From Chrysomallon squamiferum (lineage: Eukaryota > Animalia > Mollusca), in assembly GCA_012295275.1 (NCBI GenBank), contig CM022673.1:29636001-29700000 (forward strand): DNA of 64,000 nt, given 5' to 3'. A program made the translations under genes and the position numbers. The notes under the pieces are model-generated. The model saw only the letters and a program-made list of their open reading frames with translations, searched no databases and was not told the origin of the DNA. Below are positions 57,546 to 64,000 of this stretch, one piece after another. Position 1 is the first letter of the stretch. The number at the start of each line of letters is the position of its first letter.

Positions 57546-60362
57546 ACTTGTGGTAGTAGTAGCAGTAGCAGTAATTGTGGTAATTATGTTCAAAGTAGTA
57601 TATGTGGTTGTGATATAATAGTGATATTAATAGGATGGAATTAATATCAGTTTTACTTCTTGTGGTAATTGTAAATGGTGCATTTGTGTTAGTAATAGTA
57701 GTAATTGTTGTTACTGTAGCAGTTATAGCTTTGGGATAAATGTAGTAATATTAATGTTGCGTTAGTTGTATTTGTTGTAGCAGCTGCAATAGTAATAGTG
57801 GTGGCGCTCGTGTTAGTAGTTGTAACAGTAGTAGTAGTAATAATGGTACTAAAAGTAGTACTAATAACAGAAGTAGTGGTGCTAATAGTAGTAGTAGTAG
57901 CAGTACTAAGAACAGTCTAGTAGTAGCTCGAGACAACAGTACCAGTATCATTCTTTTTTTTTTGGTATCATAAAGCATGAAGAACTGATTAATGAAGACA
58001 TACTGAAAGAAAAATGAAGGAATCTAAACAATTTAGTATTACGGGTATCAAATGCAAATTACGCGGTTTCAGTAAGGATGATTATGAGAGAGGACACCTG
58101 CTGATTCCATCCCATGAATCACTTTTTAAAATTTATAACATGTAATTATTCATATATCTAAATACTACGTGATTTAGTTTACATATGTTCCTATTATTTT
58201 AAAACAGATGTAACGTTTTGCTGGGGCTCCCATCTTGTGAGAAAATCCGAGTATTTTTGACTTCGCTAATTAATTACGTACTATGTCAACGTCTCCCTTA
58301 GTCACTTGTGGCTTTATAAACTAAGATGATAATAACTGATTATACTTCAAACTTTTTTTTTTTTTTCCCGCAACAAAACATTAAAAATAATAAAAGTTAA
58401 CAATAAAATTAATAAATAAATAATAATAATGACAATGACAGGGATGATGATGATAATGTTGATGATAATAATAATGATAATAATATGCTTCTCTGTTTGG
58501 AATATATTTCGCTATTCAGCTCTTACATTTCCTTTTGAATTTAAAATAAAATGAAATAAAATGGGGTTGTTCTAGCAGTTTAAATTAAATACTTTTCATT
58601 TATAAAATAATGTTTCATTTTTGTTTCGCTCTCTGTCTATAAACTTGAAATTATTTAACCAAATTAATTAATTATACGGGCATATCATAATGCCCAGGTT
58701 TAAAGTATAAATTAATGAAGAATGAAAAATTCTATCTGTCAACCACCAAAAAGAACAAATCCCGTTCCAACTTTTTAATCCTTATTTCTTGTATCCATTA
58801 TTATGTTCAGGGTTGCCCAAGCCATGGAAATTATGTATTAAAATTTTTAAATGTTCTTGCACTATAAATGAATAAACGTGCAACTAAATAATACCCAAAG
58901 AAAACAAAATTAGAAACCTTTAGAGACATTCATAAACAATTAGATATTTTCAAGATAAAAATGTAAAGAAACTTTAATGTTTCGAACATACCAGAAGTTT
59001 AAACCGTAGATTTAGTTTTTAAAATATATCGTTTACACTTTATAATATCTACGTGTTAAAAATCAAAAAAGATTAATGTTTCTTTTTGTTTTGTTGTTTA
59101 TTTGTTTTTTTTTCTTGTTTTTCAGATTAAAAAAAAAAAAATTTTCTTTGAAAAGATAAAAATAAAAATCGGATTTTGTACATAAAAAAAAAATACAGAA
59201 ATAGAAAGAGAAATAAAAGAATTTTAAAAAGAATGCAGACTTTAGCAGACAATGCTGATTGAAAATATACGAAACTAACGTTAAGTTTTTATAGCAAAAT
59301 TTCTGATCTAATCCAACTTATTTATAGCAAAACCTCTGAACTAATCTAGACTTTTACCGTATCAATGAGAACGAAAAGATATTTTCGATATTTTAAGTAT
59401 TGTTTACTGATACAATTTAGTTTTCCTAATTCTGTTTTCTAATAAACATGTAACAGCATATGCAACGATTTAGGGCCAACACAAGTTGAAAAGCAATTTA
59501 AAAAAGAAAATCAAATAAGTAAAGATGTTATGGGAAATAATATCTATTTAGTCCGTATCACCAAAATTAAGTGGCAATGTCGATATAGGTATTTCCGTGA
59601 CTTACCTTGTTTCGTATTGCTCCGTTTCGTTTCAAAAATAAGCAGTTTTGATACTGTGTAGATAGCGAAGAAAGGTTTTATAGGCACTGATTTAATCAAT
59701 TAACTGACAAAACTGCTGATTTATTGGACAGTTTTTGGTTTTGCTAGATTTAGTTTGTTAGAAAAATATTTTCTGTTCGGAAGAAACGACCAGAAATGCA
59801 TGACAAGTAAGATGATTAATTTCCGCAACATTTTGAAAGCTGTTATTAAGTTATCCGCCAGAGCATTCTTCCGTTAGACACTGCGGGCTTACGTTTTTAG
59901 ACGAGAGTAGGCGGAATATAATAAATCCTCTTAAAAAATTTAATTAAATAAAGAAGTTTGTTTTCAAGTAAAACCTCAAAGCAGAAAGAAAAACGTAACA
60001 ATTTAATAAATAATAAATAATTAATAATAATAAATAAAATAATTTTTGAAATTAAAATAATTTAATTGAAAGATAAAAGTAAATGCAGTAACAGAGGATG
60101 GAATAAAGGGGATAAAGAATGTCATAAAAATGGCCTAATGATTCTACAATGGACGGATATATTGTTTATTAATGCCCTATATTTTGGGGGAATCCTGAAG
60201 ACTGAACTGTTTCAGGGGCTCTTAGTAGTATCAACGATGTCTGTTATCTTCTTCTATCACAATGTTCCATTGTAGGTTTTAAAAATGTATCTTCATCTCA
60301 TATTGTGATTAAAATTTTGAAGCAACGTGAACTAAAATTACTTCTTGGACCTGTCTCGGATT

Positions 60363-60412
60363 AGAGGCCCTGAAGCTCAAGCTTCATTTGTTTCTTAACA
60401 GATCCACCTTTG
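60363..60412 (-). mobile_element. hAT-type (MER53-like) MITE terminus fragment
   Basis: Reverse complement caaaggtggatc..aatgaagcttgagcttcagggcctct; same motif as at 18046. Confidence 0.5.
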
Positions 60413-61117
60413 TTAACACCTCAGCAATTTTGTAATAACAGTATGAAAGAGGAAACTGCAGATAAAAGTTAGAAGCAAGAAATATTTTATACTGAATATA
60501 ATTATTTAAAAGCAGGAAAACACAGGGGAATTGCAGACTTATTTTGTCAAGGTTGTTTCACTGGTTAATAAAAGACAGTACCCGGAGAAAAGCCTGTCAC
60601 AAGTAGATGTATTTTGCTTAGCGAAGGTAGCAATGCAAAAATATCATCTAATCACTTACAGTTAAAGAATGATGCACGTAAAAATGTTTCGGTCCGCCTG
60701 AAAGTGGTAGAATCAGCGGAACAACTATTTTCAGGTCACCTGAAACAGCATCCATTATTTAAGCCTACTTCTTATTGGGCTTGAAAAATTTATTTTGACT
60801 GTAAGTAGACCTATAAAATTTATAATTAGATCTGTATGATCAACTGATAATGACATGGGAGTGGGGATGTTGTGTTTTGTTAATCGTAACAGACCCTTAA
60901 TTCCTAGGCCTAGGATTATACAGGACGTGGCGTATAACCAGAGGGGGGCAGGGGATGGGGAACTTTGTCAGGCCATATTATGAACTGGGCAACTTCATTA
61001 TGAGTTTTAACTGCCCACCTCATGAATTCGGCATACAAATTTTTCCTTTTCATGAACTAGGCAATTTGACATATTGGCCATAATCAATCTATCTATCCAC
61101 ACACACACACAAACACA

Positions 61118-61522
61118 CAGTGGTACCTTGACTTACGCATGCCCCAATTTACGAGTTTTCCGAGTTACGAGCTTGGTCGATTTTTTGCTTTGAGTTGCGA
61201 GCCACCATACGAATTACGAGCGAGTTTCAGATACGTCTATTCACGTGGTTACCTCGCCGCGGAAGATTCTCTGTTTTGTGCAGTATTTTGCTAAAATTCT
61301 TTTTTTCTGACCATGCATCGTAAGAAAGTGAGTGCAAAGGACAGTGCTGAGAAGAAGAAGCGGATGATGTCCATTGAATTAAAGCATGAAATCATAGAAA
61401 AACATGAGCGAGGTGTGCATGTAGTCGACTTGGCTAGGCAGTACGAGCGTAGTATTTCCACGATATGTACCATACTGAAACAGGAGTCGATAAAGGCTGT
61501 AACACCAGATAAAGGCGTTTAA
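61118..61522 (+). mobile_element. 5' fragment of a Tigger/pogo (TcMar) DNA transposon
   Basis: Tigger-type terminus CAGTGGTACCTTGACTTACG at 61118 with subterminal TTACGAG repeats. ORF 61313-61522 (..KKKRMMSIELKHEIIEKHERGVHVVDLARQYERSISTICTILKQ..) is a CENP-B N-terminal HTH of TIGD1-like transposases; truncated. Confidence 0.9.
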
Positions 61523-64000
61523 ATAATTTGTCTGATTTATTTCTTTTCATTCTCTTTTATTTTGTTTTTATACAAAATGTACCATTGTGTGTGTGTATAT
61601 ACATACATACATACATACATACATACACACACACACATTTATTATTTTCTAGATAGTGTGGTGCCGGCCCTGGCTAGAGGTTTAGTTTAGGTACAGGTTC
61701 AATTATTCGTACACTTCACCTACCATCGCCCTTGTTTCAGGAGTCGTAGATCCTTTTTGCTGATCAGGCAAGACTGGTTTGCCAAGAATCAACTATCTAA
61801 TCTTCACCCGGTCACGATTAAGATAATAAAAACAATTAATAGTTGTCTTTTTGTTGTTGTTTTTTTTTTCAGGGGGGTTGTTTTTTTGGGGGGTGTTTTT
61901 CTGGGGTTTTTTCTGGGGTTTCCTACATTATGGTTAGGACTAATTTTCATGTCATAAGTTGGTTTGAATAATATCAAAATGAATACTATTAGATATGTAG
62001 ACCTACCTGCTTTAGAAGTGTTAAATACAGTTTCATTCTTTTTCATTATTTATTTGATATTTTAACTAAATTTTTAGCCATAACACCTGTCCCAAGCTTA
62101 CTGGATAAATAGTTTGTGTAGTAACATTAACTGAGGAACTATTCTACTAGTATTTTGTTGTTGCCATTTGTTATTATTATTATTATTATTTTTTTTTTTT
62201 TTGACATAACGTCTGAACCTTTACCGTAATCTTGTGGTATGATTATGGATGGTTCATAACTTAACTTAATAATTAATGAAAAGACAACATACAAATCATG
62301 TTATGGCATTAAGTTTATTCATTTGATTGTATATATACATCTTCACTTACTAAGCTACGGTTCCATGTAATTCAACAGAATGGACTGATTACAAGCAGAG
62401 CATTTTCTTTTCTTTTGTTTTCAAAAGTGGCTGCCAAAAAAAAAAAAAAAAAAAATAATGCGTCATTATCCCAACAAAATTTTATATAAAATTACAGAAA
62501 CCACCTTCTAAAATGACATCTTATAAAACCAACAGTTTTGGAAAGGTACATCTACTATGATCCCGAGATCAAAATGTATATATTAAAGTAAAGTTTGTTG
62601 GTTTAATTACGTAAAATTTTGTGTAGGGAAGTAGAAATCACTTCTTATTTCCTTCTTTAATATTTTCATGATTAAAATCACTATATCACTCTAACCAGTT
62701 TAAACCAAATATTATTTGTATGCAGGTAACAGCGCGTTTTTTATGATTCTGTGAGAAATTTGTATTTAATGAATGATCAGATTCTATTTATTCAATCTTA
62801 ATCAAATATTGGGAAAGCATATAACAACTTTATTAGTTACGATCCCATGGTCATTTATAACAAATTGAAAGAGTGGTTACTGGTATTAGCAGATACTTTC
62901 TATGAGTAAATAGTTAAAACTTGTAAAGTTTTTTGACATGTTGAAGTGGAAACCTCTTTACACTCTAATGCATTATACATACACAGGTTATGCAAAAGTG
63001 GGAGACACAGTTTGTTATTTACAATAAACTGACTCTGGTCTTTTATCTGAACCCGATTGTCTTTTTATCTATCTTTGTATTTCATTTCATTTCATTATTA
63101 AATTTCATTTTATTTTATTATTTCATTTCATTTCATTTCATTATTTCATTTCATTTTATTTTAGTATTATTATTTTAAACTCTTTTTTGCCTTTTTCTGG
63201 AAAGAAATTCTTTCATGCTGTACCAGTCTACACATATGATTAATTAATCTTTAGAAATGTATCATGATGAACCTATGTCTGTAAACAGAGAAATCATAAT
63301 ACTTTATCAATATTTCTTACTGATGCAGTTTATTTGTTATTAGGGATCGATACTGTAGCCTGAAGTCAAACTGTAAGCATTAGCAATATGCTTCAAACAT
63401 GTATACAATGTATACTTGATATAACATGCCACTCACATGCACACACAATAAACACTGCCCATGTCACAATCCGAGGACAGCCATAAATTACAAAAATGCG
63501 AGAACATTTTTATGAATTATCACAAACTGTGAGGTAAACCAAGCATTCTATGCTCTATTTCAAGTACATGACTAAATTTCCAGCTGCTTCCCAGTCAGAT
63601 TATTTTCTGGTAGGTATTTCAGAAATTGAGTTTATCATTAATTCATACAATATGCTACAAGACAAACGGTAAGACACATGATAACACCAAAGATGCATGA
63701 TACAAGTAGATTTTATATTTACAAATAGATAGGTATATAATATATAATATGTATATATTAAAAAAATTATTTTTATATATATACCCATGTGAATCAATCC
63801 TGGGTTTGTATGTTAGCCAACTATCATAATTCAGAAAATTGTAATTAAAATTATAATTTCATTAAAAGCTGTCTTAATAATAATTCATTATTATAGCATA
63901 TGTAAAAGGAAAAATTGAAATCAATAAATATTGTTAAATCAATACTGAAGAAGACTGAAAAGAAATAGCAAAGCCCATTAAATGAAACAAACCCCTAAAT

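Noticed and set aside
55562-60960. Isolated transposon-terminus-like words (CAGTGGTTCCC at 55562, CAGGGTTGCC near 58808, G-rich motif at 60921)
   Set aside because: No matching second terminus or TSD could be identified by eye.

Overview
AT-rich, microsatellite-dense eukaryotic (animal, probably molluscan/lophotrochozoan) genomic DNA. Nearly all ORFs in the track are simple-repeat artefacts. The one host gene I can support is a spliced elevenin (L11-family) neuropeptide precursor on the + strand, missed by the ORF track because its exons are tiny. Its promoter and exons 1-3 occur twice in a ~8.3 kb near-identical direct duplication (20011-28272 and 28473-~36844) on either side of a 200-N gap. 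Exons 4-5 (39071-39185, 41421-41441) occur once. The two copies have identical signal peptides, identical pro-region starts and near-identical introns. Their 19-aa mature peptides nevertheless differ at 10 residues (KNVNCSAYPYAPKCLGIAV vs RKINCSVYVYAPRCRGVTA; 12 nt changes, at most 1 synonymous), a toxin/pheromone-like focal hypervariability. The sequence alone cannot tell whether the copies are paralogues or two alleles duplicated by the assembler. The rest of the window is minisatellites, microsatellites, decayed transposons (LINE, MULE, Tigger, hAT, tRNA-SINE, fold-back) and a few candidate regulatory motif clusters.
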